Source: a virus | Lineage: Duplodnaviria; Caudoviricetes | IMG/VR virus record: IMGVR_UViG_3300036715_000633 | Coordinates: 1-56,376 of that record | Direction: 5' to 3' (one strand) | Length of the DNA: 56,376 bases | Part shown: positions 8,356-17,700 of the stretch, piece after piece | Layout of the letters: each line of letters starts with the position of its first letter | Position numbering within the stretch: position 1 is the first letter of the stretch | Translations under genes and position numbers: made by a program | The notes under the pieces: generated by a model | The model's database searches: none | Seen by the model: the letters and a program-made list of their open reading frames with translations, nothing else | Told to the model about the DNA's origin: nothing

Positions 8356-9285
8356 ATGCGCCTATTCTTTTCAGGATTTGGCGCGCACGATATCGACTTG
8401 GACCCGCGTATTCCGCGTGGTCCTCGTTATCGTCTGCTGTCATGCCACGAGGAATATTTGCGCGTGGCTCACGAATTTTCCACTGACCTCTGCACGTCCA
8501 TGGAGGACCCTTTTGAACTGATGTACGACTCGGGCGCATTTACTGCCTGGAGCAAAGGGAAGGAAGTGGTGCTGGATGATCTAATCCGCGTGTATGACGA
8601 AATGATGGGCTTGTATTCTCACCGTGCAGCTAACGTGTGGTTAATTTCGCTTGATAAGATTCCCGGGTCGCCAGGGCGTACGGCAGGGCCTGCGGAGATT
8701 GAAGATTGCTGCCGCATATCAGACGAGAATTACAGTATTCTGGAGAAACGTTATGGGCAGCGTGTTTTACCTGTATTCCACCAGAATGAATCAACCGCCC
8801 GCTTGCACGAAGTCGCGGCGATGGCGCCTTATATTTGCGTATCCCCTCGAAACGATTTGCACGAAACCGCACGCGTGCGTTGGTCCGCCGAGGTTCACGC
8901 ACAAATCCCAGGCAAGGATACGCACGGACTTGCTGCCACAGGTTATACCATGATGACCACAATACCATGGGGTAGCGTCGATTCCGCGTCCTGGATTTTC
9001 TGCGCAACCAACGGTGGCGTTATTCGAGACCACCACCTGCGCGTATTGCAAATGTCGGACAAATCATCCGCGCTGAAAAACACGGATCAACACTTCAAAA
9101 CATTACCCATACCACTACAGGAAACCTTCCGCGCATTTGTTGAGGCTCGCGGTTTTACAGTTGAAGGATTGGCTGAAAGTTTCCGCGAACGGCTGGTGTG
9201 GAACCGTGTTATGATTACTGAATTGTATCAATCTATTCCACAAAAACCTGACATCCCAATGGAAGTTGGTTTGTTCGATCTGTAA
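8356..9285 (+). CDS. dpdA: DNA 7-deazaguanine transglycosylase (TGT-like fold)
   Basis: TGT/DpdA-type motifs DSGAFT, LDKIP, PVFH, HGLA, SVDSASW. Last gene of the que cluster. Confidence 0.8.
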   Translation: MRLFFSGFGAHDIDLDPRIPRGPRYRLLSCHEEYLRVAHEFSTDLCTSMEDPFELMYDSGAFTAWSKGKEVVLDDLIRVYDEMMGLYSHRAANVWLISLDKIPGSPGRTAGPAEIEDCCRISDENYSILEKRYGQRVLPVFHQNESTARLHEVAAMAPYICVSPRNDLHETARVRWSAEVHAQIPGKDTHGLAATGYTMMTTIPWGSVDSASWIFCATNGGVIRDHHLRVLQMSDKSSALKNTDQHFKTLPIPLQETFRAFVEARGFTVEGLAESFRERLVWNRVMITELYQSIPQKPDIPMEVGLFDL

Positions 9286-9293
9286 GGTCTAAT

Positions 9294-10253
9294 ATGCTGG
9301 ACGTCCTTAAACTGGTGCGCGGTGCGGTGTCGAAAAAGGACATGCTGCCCGTGCTGACGCATTTCTATATCTACAATGGGCGCATACAAGGATCTAACGG
9401 GCGTCTATGCATCGATTCCGAATGCACGGGGCTCAACATCCCAAACCTCGTTGTCCCTGCTGATAAGTTCCTACGCGCCGTTGACGCGTGCGATGGCGAT
9501 CCGACGCTGATTATTAAGGACGAAAAACTGACCGTTAAAAAAGGCAAGTTTCGCGTATCGATAGCAACCCTGCCTGAATCGTCGTACCCTGTGGTATCCG
9601 AGTTTGATGGCAAAGCTGCGGAGATCAATGGTCCTATAATCCCAATGCTGAAAAAGCTGGCGCCGTTCATTTCGACCGACGCATCGCGCCCTTGGTCTAA
9701 TACGGTATTGATTTGGGAAGGTCACGCATACGCGACGAATAACGTTATCCTGCTGCGCGGTGAAATCCCTGTCAGTTCGATTCTAGTCCTACCTGTGTAT
9801 CTCGTGGATGAAATGGTGCGCATCGGTGAGGAACCGCTATCCATCAAATCGAACGGACACGGCGTTACGGTTGAATACGCAACCTTCAAACTCAAAGGTC
9901 AAAGGATCATGGACGAGTGGCCTTCAGCGCTTGTTAGCCTGCGCCAGAAAATGCTGCGCGACGATCTGCCCGAAGCCCTGCCGAACCTGTACGAGAATGT
10001 GGTCAAGTTGAAACCGTTTTTCCCTGACGAGAAATTGCCCGTGGTAGTATTCTCGGAAGAAGGTATCGGCACGCGTGATGGCGTGCAATCCGCATTGCTC
10101 GAAATCGAAGGACTACCCGCAGGCCTGTATCGCTTTGAATCGCTTGTTGCCACGCTGGAGATTGCGACCCACATTGACTTTACTATGTACCCGCAATCGA
10201 TACCGTTCCGAGGCGCCGGCATTGAAGGCCTCTTAACCTGCATGAGGTCCTGA
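9294..10253 (+). CDS. DNA polymerase sliding clamp (beta subunit-like)
   Basis: N-terminus GAVSKKDMLPVLTHF resembles DnaN; 319 aa; ATN motif; adjacent to the polymerase gene. Confidence 0.75.
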   Translation: MLDVLKLVRGAVSKKDMLPVLTHFYIYNGRIQGSNGRLCIDSECTGLNIPNLVVPADKFLRAVDACDGDPTLIIKDEKLTVKKGKFRVSIATLPESSYPVVSEFDGKAAEINGPIIPMLKKLAPFISTDASRPWSNTVLIWEGHAYATNNVILLRGEIPVSSILVLPVYLVDEMVRIGEEPLSIKSNGHGVTVEYATFKLKGQRIMDEWPSALVSLRQKMLRDDLPEALPNLYENVVKLKPFFPDEKLPVVVFSEEGIGTRDGVQSALLEIEGLPAGLYRFESLVATLEIATHIDFTMYPQSIPFRGAGIEGLLTCMRS

Positions 10254-12280
10254 TGGCGCGGGCTGACGATATTGGTTTATTCTGGGAAGATTTACCCCCA
10301 GTTAAGCCGCCTAAAAAAGAAAAGCCTAAACGCACGCCTCCCGAACGCACATGGGAGCATCCCGATTACTTGCCAGGGCTGGACGAGGCCTTGTCGTTTA
10401 AGTTTGACCTATTGACTGACGAGGAACTGGCGTTATATCGTGGCGACGAAATGGTGTGGGATACGGAGTGTTACCCTAACTATTGGCTATCGGCGTTCCG
10501 GCACATCAAGACCGGCAAAATCATTTATTTTGAAATGTACGAAGGTTGCCCACTTTGGATTTCAAAGATGGAGTGGGTCCTTCGTAATTTTTGCATCGTC
10601 ACATTTAATGGTCTGCATTACGATGAACCGATAACCACATTGGCTCTGGCGGGTAAGACTAACGCGGTCCTGCACTTTGCGACGTATCAAATCATTGAGG
10701 AGGGCTTGCGTCCTGGCGATGTGCTGCGCACCATGAAGGTCAAGCGACTGAAAGACATTAACCAGATCGACCTTATCGAGGTCGCCAAGGGTGATTGTAG
10801 TTTGAAGATATACGGCGGACGTATTCACTGCCCGCGAATGCAAGACCTTCCATTCAAACCCGGTACCGAGCTATCTGCCAATCAGATGGCGATTGTCCGC
10901 TGGTATTGCGTCAACGACTTAATAAACACCCAGTTGCTTCGTGAAACGCTGCACGAACAAATCGCTCTGCGCGTCACCCTGAGCCGTGAATACAAAATGG
11001 ACGTTCGATCCAAGTCCGATGCGCAGATCGCCGAGGCTTTGATTAGCCAGACCGTCGCACAGTTAAACGGCCGACGCCCTCAGGTGCCTAAGATTGCACC
11101 AGGGACGAAATATCGCTACACCGCGCCCGCGTGCATTCGATACCAATCACAGTTGCTCAACTGGGTCCTGCATATTGTGACCACAAGTGAGTTTGAGATT
11201 GGCGACAACGGGAGCCCTATTTTGCCAAAGCCGATCAAGGATTTGAATCTCGAAATCGCAGGACGACATTACCAGATGGGCTTCGGCGGTCTGCATAGCC
11301 AAGAGGAATGTATCTCGCATTTCGCGGATGACACTTACGAAATTTGCGACAATGATGTGGCGTCCTTCTACCCTCAAAACATCCTGAATAATCAGTGGTT
11401 CCCGCTGCACCTCGGACCTAACTTCCTCGTGGCGTATCAGGCATTCGTTACACGGCGATTGGCTGCAAAAGCTGCTGGAAACAAACCTGTTGCTGAAAGT
11501 CTAAAGATTGTTATTAACGGTGGATTCGGTAAGCTGGGCAGCATGTATTCCATTCTGTATTCTCCTGACCTTATGATTCAAGTCACGCTGACAGGTCAAC
11601 TGCTGCTGTTGATGATGATTGAGCGGCTGGAGTTAATCGGCATCCCTGTCGTGTCGGCAAACACCGACGGTATTGTGGTCAAATGCCCGCGAACGCGTAA
11701 GCACGAATTACAGGCTATCGTTAAACAATGGGAGTGCGAAACAAAGCTGGTAATGGAGGAAACGCAGTACAAATCTATTCATAGCGCAAATGTTAATAAT
11801 TATTTTGCCGTTAAACTTGATGGTACCACTAAGACTAAGGGCTGGTACGCAAACCCTTGGAACGACAAGAAAAACATTGCCACTCGACTTGAAAAGAATC
11901 CGACGGCAACAATCTGCACCGAAGCGGTAACGGAAATGATGATTTCAGGGACGCCGGTTGAAAAGACTATTCGTATGTGCGACGACGTTCGCAAGTTCGT
12001 TTCCATCCGAACAGTCAAAGGTGGGGCAGTTAAGGACGGGGTGTATTTGGGCAAGGCGATTCGCTGGTACTACTCGACCAAGGCGAGTGGTGAAATTATA
12101 TACGCACTGACCGGGAACAAGGTTTCCAACAGCGATGGCGCATTGCCGCTAATGAACCTGCCCGACGCGCTACCCGTGGACGTTGACTATGATTGGTATA
12201 TTCGGAAGGCCGAATCGATACTTGTGGATATCGGGTTGCAACAGGTAAATACTACCCCTGTTGCAGAAATACCCAAATAA
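10253..12280 (+). CDS. Family B DNA polymerase with 3'-5' exonuclease domain
   Basis: Exo motifs DTE, FNGLHYD, YCVND; polymerase motifs DVASFYP, KIVINGGFGK, NTDG. Confidence 0.9.
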   Translation: MARADDIGLFWEDLPPVKPPKKEKPKRTPPERTWEHPDYLPGLDEALSFKFDLLTDEELALYRGDEMVWDTECYPNYWLSAFRHIKTGKIIYFEMYEGCPLWISKMEWVLRNFCIVTFNGLHYDEPITTLALAGKTNAVLHFATYQIIEEGLRPGDVLRTMKVKRLKDINQIDLIEVAKGDCSLKIYGGRIHCPRMQDLPFKPGTELSANQMAIVRWYCVNDLINTQLLRETLHEQIALRVTLSREYKMDVRSKSDAQIAEALISQTVAQLNGRRPQVPKIAPGTKYRYTAPACIRYQSQLLNWVLHIVTTSEFEIGDNGSPILPKPIKDLNLEIAGRHYQMGFGGLHSQEECISHFADDTYEICDNDVASFYPQNILNNQWFPLHLGPNFLVAYQAFVTRRLAAKAAGNKPVAESLKIVINGGFGKLGSMYSILYSPDLMIQVTLTGQLLLLMMIERLELIGIPVVSANTDGIVVKCPRTRKHELQAIVKQWECETKLVMEETQYKSIHSANVNNYFAVKLDGTTKTKGWYANPWNDKKNIATRLEKNPTATICTEAVTEMMISGTPVEKTIRMCDDVRKFVSIRTVKGGAVKDGVYLGKAIRWYYSTKASGEIIYALTGNKVSNSDGALPLMNLPDALPVDVDYDWYIRKAESILVDIGLQQVNTTPVAEIPK

Positions 12281-12365
12281 ACAACATTTTTTGCAAAAAC
12301 CGTTTGCGCTTGGGATTTATTGGTGTAATAATCACTACATCGAATCAATCACCAGGAGAAACAAA

Positions 12366-12647
12366 ATGGCCTACCGTCAAATGCACTTAAACAAATCGGG
12401 TTCCGGAATGGCAGCAAAAACCGCTTGCGGTCGCAACATTCTGCGCACTCCGCTGTCGGTCAACTGGGAAGATTTCAAAAACGAACTGCCAGAACATCAA
12501 TGCGCCAAATGCGCGGCGTCGAAACAGGCCGAACTTAACAAACGGAACGACGCGAAAAACGAAACCTGGGTGCCAGTTGGCGAACAGGAAGCCGAGGAAA
12601 TCATGCAAGCTGAACTGGCAATGGTTCGCGCAGCAAAATCCAAATAA
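12366..12647 (+). CDS. Small hypothetical early-type protein (possible Zn binder)
   Basis: AGGAG RBS and ATG at 12366. H...CG...CxxC pattern. Upstream TTGCGC-17-AATAAT promoter-like sequence. Confidence 0.65.
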   Translation: MAYRQMHLNKSGSGMAAKTACGRNILRTPLSVNWEDFKNELPEHQCAKCAASKQAELNKRNDAKNETWVPVGEQEAEEIMQAELAMVRAAKSK

Positions 12648-12654
12648 AACAAAT

Positions 12655-12672
12655 GCGCCCTTCGGGGCGCTT
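12655..12672 (+). terminator. GC hairpin with cUUCGg tetraloop (terminator or stabiliser)
   Basis: GCGCCC-TTCG-GGGCGC with a weak U tract. Confidence 0.55.
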
Positions 12673-12683
12673 CATGGACTAAA

Positions 12684-12943
12684 ATGAAAACCTTCAACAA
12701 CATGAAAATAGCCGTAGCTAATCCGACCGAACTGCGTCAGGTTGTCCACAAGTTAGTTTCGCTGGGTATGGGATCGGGAGCACCCGCGAGGCGCGCCCAC
12801 GCGATTACAGCGGTATAGCTGTAATCGCGCACGCCGATGGGATGATTTTGTTTGGACGGGATTCCGCTCAGTTGTTCCAAACAGGTACTGCGTTTGACCG
12901 TTGCAAATATCCCGCCGTTGCAGTCGAGGATCTTTTAGCCTAA
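12684..12943 (+). pseudogene. Small gene apparently split by a 1-nt frameshift
   Basis: Frame 0 reads MKTFNNMKIAVANPTELRQVVHKLVSLG and stops at 12818. The -1 frame YGIGSTREARPRDYSGIAVIAHADGMILFG...VEDLLA runs to TAA 12943, just before the next RBS. Confidence 0.4.
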
Positions 12944-12952
12944 GGAGCTACC

Positions 12953-13045
12953 ATGTTTTACTACGCGTTGATACTGTATGCCGTCGCAGCCATCGTTTTC
13001 TCCGTAGTTATTTTGGAGGCGGAGAAGTGGCCTGTGGAGGATTAG
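12953..13045 (+). CDS. 30-aa single-pass membrane peptide (not in ORF track)
   Basis: TAAGGAG RBS; MFYYALILYAVAAIVFSVVILEAEKWPVED. Confidence 0.5.
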   Translation: MFYYALILYAVAAIVFSVVILEAEKWPVED

Positions 13046-13511
13046 GCCACGCATCGCTCAAGGTTTTAGCATCGCTTGCGTGTCGGTCAGCGATTCCTGC
13101 CATTTCAACGTAACGCCCTTGGCAGTCTGTGAATACGTCTGTAAGAGCTGTGGTTGTTTTACGGAGGGTTTCGATGGTGGCGGTGGGCACGCTGTCACGG
13201 ATTGCGTTGGCAGTGTCTCGCAGGCTGTTACTAGCACGAGTGTTGGCAACAATAAGCCCAGATATAACTTGTTCACGGGAATCTCCTTGTTTAGATGCGT
13301 CCGCGGCTTTCGCGTCCCATTGTTCCTTTTGCAACTTCGCAGCAGCTTCCGCCTTAGCCTCAGCTTTCGCCCATTCTACCCGAACCTCGATTCGACCAGC
13401 CTCGCGGTCAGATTCGCGGAACTCGTGGACCTTGTTCGCGGCAAACGCAAACGCCACAATACCGATGCCGATTTCAATCAGGAGCTTGTATGGTTCGAGG
13501 AATTTAAACAC
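13008..13511 (-). CDS. i-spanin (Rz-like)
   Basis: N-terminal TM helix, then an Ala-rich coiled coil; located in the lysis cassette. Confidence 0.8.
   Translation of the reverse strand: MFKFLEPYKLLIEIGIGIVAFAFAANKVHEFRESDREAGRIEVRVEWAKAEAKAEAAAKLQKEQWDAKAADASKQGDSREQVISGLIVANTRASNSLRDTANAIRDSVPTATIETLRKTTTALTDVFTDCQGRYVEMAGIADRHASDAKTLSDAWPNPPQATSPPPK
13058..13276 (-). CDS. o-spanin lipoprotein (Rz1-like), fully embedded in Rz
   Basis: GTG start with GGAG RBS, signal peptide with lipobox LVTA-C, Pro-rich mature region, nested in a different frame. Confidence 0.8.
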   Translation of the reverse strand: MNKLYLGLLLPTLVLVTACETLPTQSVTACPPPPSKPSVKQPQLLQTYSQTAKGVTLKWQESLTDTQAMLKP

Positions 13512-13513
13512 GA

Positions 13514-13759
13514 TTACTCCTTGGCGACATCAGGCGAAGGCTCGGTTGATTTCATGCCGTACAGTGCGGCACTGTGACTTGTGGCCACAGTGGCAAAGGC
13601 ACCAGCTGCCGCCATCAGATCGACTTCGAATCCGTGCCATGCGCGATACAGCATGACCGCGACAATTGCGAACATCGAACCCGCCCATGAAAACTTCGCC
13701 ATGTGGAAAGTTTTATTGTCGGCGCCCGTGAAAATGTGCAGCAATACGGTCCGCATCAT
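13514..13759 (-). CDS. Putative holin (about 2 TM helices)
   Basis: 81 aa from ATG 13759, which overlaps the endolysin stop. Hydrophobic segments and a charged C-terminal tail. Confidence 0.55.
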   Translation of the reverse strand: MMRTVLLHIFTGADNKTFHMAKFSWAGSMFAIVAVMLYRAWHGFEVDLMAAAGAFATVATSHSAALYGMKSTEPSPDVAKE

Positions 13760-14172
13760 TTCACCTGTTTGCCGGCTTTGAGGTCGTCTAACGTCAATCC
13801 GCCAGTGTACTGGCAATGGGCGAGTTCTTTAAACGATACCCAGCGGCCAGCCCATTTAAGGCCTACCGATTCGGCAATCTCACCGCAGCGGGTGAATGTT
13901 TCGGCGTGTTCCCAGTCAGGTTTACCGTTGACAAGCGGCACGAAGTCAAACGCGCAGCGGTACTGGTGGAACGATTCGCCGCCACGTGCGTTTGTAACGA
14001 TCTTACCCGGAGTCGTTCGGCCCTGCGCATACAACGCATTCTGTGACTCGACATCGCGGAAGGTCGAGGTGATTAGTACGTCAATGCCGACGGCGCGGCA
14101 CGCGGCTAGGAAGTTGTCGGCCTTTGCAGCGACAACAGGAAGCAGGTCGGAAAGGCTTCGGCTATTTACCAT
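13756..14172 (-). CDS. Endolysin, M15-family L-Ala-D-Glu peptidase
   Basis: FRDVESQNALYAQGRT, SFHQYRCAFD, WAGRW, ELAHCQ. Confidence 0.9.
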   Translation of the reverse strand: MVNSRSLSDLLPVVAAKADNFLAACRAVGIDVLITSTFRDVESQNALYAQGRTTPGKIVTNARGGESFHQYRCAFDFVPLVNGKPDWEHAETFTRCGEIAESVGLKWAGRWVSFKELAHCQYTGGLTLDDLKAGKQVK

Positions 14173-14623
14173 TTTTATGCTCCAGTTGTTCGACGCGATA
14201 AGCAATCACCCGATTCATGGAATCGGCTTCGTTCACGTGGCTAAAGGTCCATGACACTGCGAACGTAATCATGGCCTGGGATATTGTGAACAGCAGCCCG
14301 CCGACGTACAGCGCCCCGCGCCCTTTGTTCACAACAGCATCTAGCTTTTCGTCCACGCGGTCGATTAGCTCAATGATTCGCGCCTCGTCGCGCAGGCTTT
14401 GCGCCTCGTGGCGAGACATCCAATCACGGACCTCCTCGGAGCGATTTTGCAGGCCCGATAAGGTCTCTTTCGTTTGTGTGGAATAAACAGCCAATTCCGC
14501 GATGGTTTTATCCAACGTGATTATCTGTTTAACCGAGGTTTGAATATCCTCAACATTCTTGGCGACCATATCGACCTGTGCCCGTATTTGTGCCATTTCA
14601 ACTGCGATGGATTCGTCGTGCAT
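14162..14623 (-). CDS. Coiled-coil membrane protein upstream of the endolysin (holin/antiholin-like)
   Basis: Long heptad region and one C-terminal TM helix; first gene of the lysis cassette. Confidence 0.5.
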   Translation of the reverse strand: MHDESIAVEMAQIRAQVDMVAKNVEDIQTSVKQIITLDKTIAELAVYSTQTKETLSGLQNRSEEVRDWMSRHEAQSLRDEARIIELIDRVDEKLDAVVNKGRGALYVGGLLFTISQAMITFAVSWTFSHVNEADSMNRVIAYRVEQLEHKNGK

Positions 14624-14726
14624 TCAGGCCTCGGAGCGGTTATTGGTTTCGATGTTGCATTTTATCACGATACTAAATTGCGCAACTAGTTACAAGAAAC
14701 GCAATAGCCAATTCCGAGGTCCTGAT

Positions 14727-17700
14727 TTAGCCCTTATTCTTAAGGATTTGGAGGTCGGCGTCAATCTCTTGAATGGCACGGACGATCGGAGCTATCAATT
14801 CTTGATAATTTAAAAACTGTGCAGAGTCGGGGTCATTCTTATCTGCCAGCACCCACATACCCGCATTGTCTGTGCCAAGCGCCTCCCGTAATTCTTGCGT
14901 GATAAATCCGTGATGGTCGCGCACGCCGGGGCGTGTTGTTACGATCTGCTGTTGCGGAATAGGTAACCCGTCAATACCCGGGCCAGCCTGTTCAGGTTCG
15001 AGCTTTACATCAGTTGCGCCGACCCTCATTTTATAAACCCGCGAACGAAGTTTATTGATGAAGGCGCGACCGAGGTCGGAATCGCGTACATCGTATTTAA
15101 TGCGAATGTCCGAACCATTAAATACCCCGCCTTGAACCCAGCACGATGACCACACATTGCCCGATGCGCCAAGTTGGTAGGTATTATTAGCATTTGGAAC
15201 CACGCTGTTGAAGTTAGCTGTACCGCTGCCTGCGGTATGAACAATCGCCCCGTTTATTTGCAAGGCCTGGAAGCCTGAGCAATACAGACCTGCACCGCTC
15301 GGCGCAGTAAAATAGCCGCCGTAACTGGTACCTGATCCATTGACCGCCGTGGTACCCGAACTAGTCAAACCACCTGCCGATACCGTGAGGCCTCCGCTGG
15401 AGACCGAAATGCCACCGCTTGTGACCGACAGGCTACCGTTGGAGGTTACCCCTGCGGATGTCGAACGACCCGACATCGTAATAGGTCCTGTCGCAGTGAT
15501 TGCATCACCAGCCCCCGCAATAGCTTTAATCGCAGGCTGGGACGAAAGGTTAATGCTTTTTGCCGAAATCGCCGGCTGGGTAGGGTTTGGCGTGTTATCA
15601 CCGACGATATTCGACGTGGTCAGATCGTATATCGTGACACTGCCTGTGGATCCATTTACTTGGAAATTACCACCGCCAATATTAATCGCTGCGCCCGTCA
15701 ACGTGAACGTGGAACCATCCCACGTTAGCGCCTTGCCCGACCCATTACCGATACTGAATTTATATACGCCACCGGAATAGCCCAGGAAGAAGCCAGCACC
15801 TGAATTGTAACCGCTTTGCCCGCCTTGAATGTACCCCGCAGTGTCAACAGTCAGCGTGCCAGTATTGACGGTCAGCGCTGACAAGCTGCCAACTTTTAAT
15901 GCGGCCAAATACGGAAGATTCCAAACCGTTTGCGCCGCAGTCGAATTGTACAAACCATTGGACATAAACACCGATTGATTCGCGGCGGGAACAGGTACGC
16001 TTGATTGCCATGTCTCACCCTGGCCCCACGAATTGTAGGCTGGCAACCCCGTACCTGCCACAGTAACGCTTGCCGGCGCTGAAATCGTCGGATTGCCTGT
16101 TACCAGCGCATAGGCAACAGTCGCCGATACTCCGTTGCTACCGGATCCGCCGTTGCTGCCTGTGTAGCCAATACCTTGAATCGTCGCACTTGTCCAATTA
16201 ATGCTGGAAGTGGTTGCGCCTGTTGTGTCTACCAGCGCATAGCTTGCCTGATACAGCGTATAACCTTGCCCTGGCGATGCAGGGATGGATATGGACCATG
16301 ACGTTGACGGCGGTGTGTTGTATGAGGCCGTCGCCCAGGTCCATGTCGCCGTACCTGTTGCCGTCGGGGCGCCCGTTGCAGACCATTTGTAAGCTGTCGC
16401 TGTTGCGCTTTTTGCACCAGGAGCTCCATTTTGAGACCAGCCAGCAACGTTAGCTGTTGAGTAGCTAACTGTCGAGGTCGCCGTGCCGATTGCAGCACTG
16501 ATCGGCTTTGTAGCAACGAACAGCGTTAGTCCGGGCGCGCCTGAGTTTGCGGGAATCGAGGTGCCCCAACCATCCGATCCACTGTACGCCGAATTAGCAC
16601 CTGTTGCCCACGTAAAGGTACTGGTACCTGTCGGAGCCGACGGTGTTACTGTTGACCACATATACAGATACGCCGTTGCCGCCTGGTTGCCTGTTGCGCC
16701 GGAATTGGTCGTCACAGGTCCTATTGCTCCAATCGTCAAACTGTTTTTATCAAAACTATCGTAACCCGCGAATTTAACGTAATAATCCGTACCGCTTGCA
16801 ATCGGCGATCCTCCAGGCATGGAGCTAATCGTGTAATTGGTTGCAGGGCCATCGAAAACGATATCACCTGTGGTTGGCGTAAAGCCTGCCGTTGTCGATA
16901 TCCAAATGCGAATACCTGCGAAATCAGGATCACCGGGTTTCGCGCAATTGAATTGCAAATAAGACGCCCCGCCGATAACTTGCGTACCCGTCAACGCACC
17001 GACCTGCGGGTTGCTAACGGCAAGCGTTGCGAAAGGTCCCGCGGCACCATTCTTGTTGATGCCCTGAACCTTAATCGTCAGATTGCGCCACGGGCCGCCA
17101 TCAGTCGTCGCGTCAGCGAAGGAATAATCGTACCGCAGCGCATTGCCGACGTTCACCTGTCGAACCATCGCAAGTGTCGAACCTGCCCAGATTTGCACAT
17201 TGTACGAAACGGCGTTGGCGATTCGATCCCATTTGAACTTTGCAGTATTGATGGTGAACGCGCCTTCGAGTGCCAATCCTGTAGGTGCGATCGGAGGATT
17301 GTTCGCCTGAATACCCGTGATGGTGTAGGTGTAGTCAGCGACAGCCGACAGGTCCTGCAACGCACCACCATAGATGTTGTATGCGCGAAGTTTTACATGG
17401 ATGGTTTTGCCGATGTAATCGGCAGTCAGCGGGAATTTAGCAATCCCTGCATCGCAGCGAACAAACGCCGAACCCGAAGCCTGCGAACTGCTGCCCGACA
17501 AATACCCGCCGCGATTCAGCGAAGGTCCCAGTGTATATGCGCCGACACCCGTTAGCGTTGCGCCCTCATACGACAAGAATTCGCCACCGATATAGCATAA
17601 TGTGGTCAGGCTGTTCATGTCAGCGGTGGTGCCTGCAATGATCTGCCCGCCCGAGGTAAGATGCACGCCTACCGTTTCCGAATAAACACCTGATGCCGAA

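Noticed and set aside
8356-9285. tRNA-guanine transglycosylase (Tgt) for queuosine tRNA modification
   Set aside because: It lacks the C-terminal CxCxxC..H Zn site of bacterial Tgt, the phage has no queA/queG or tRNA genes, and the gene abuts the clamp and polymerase genes.
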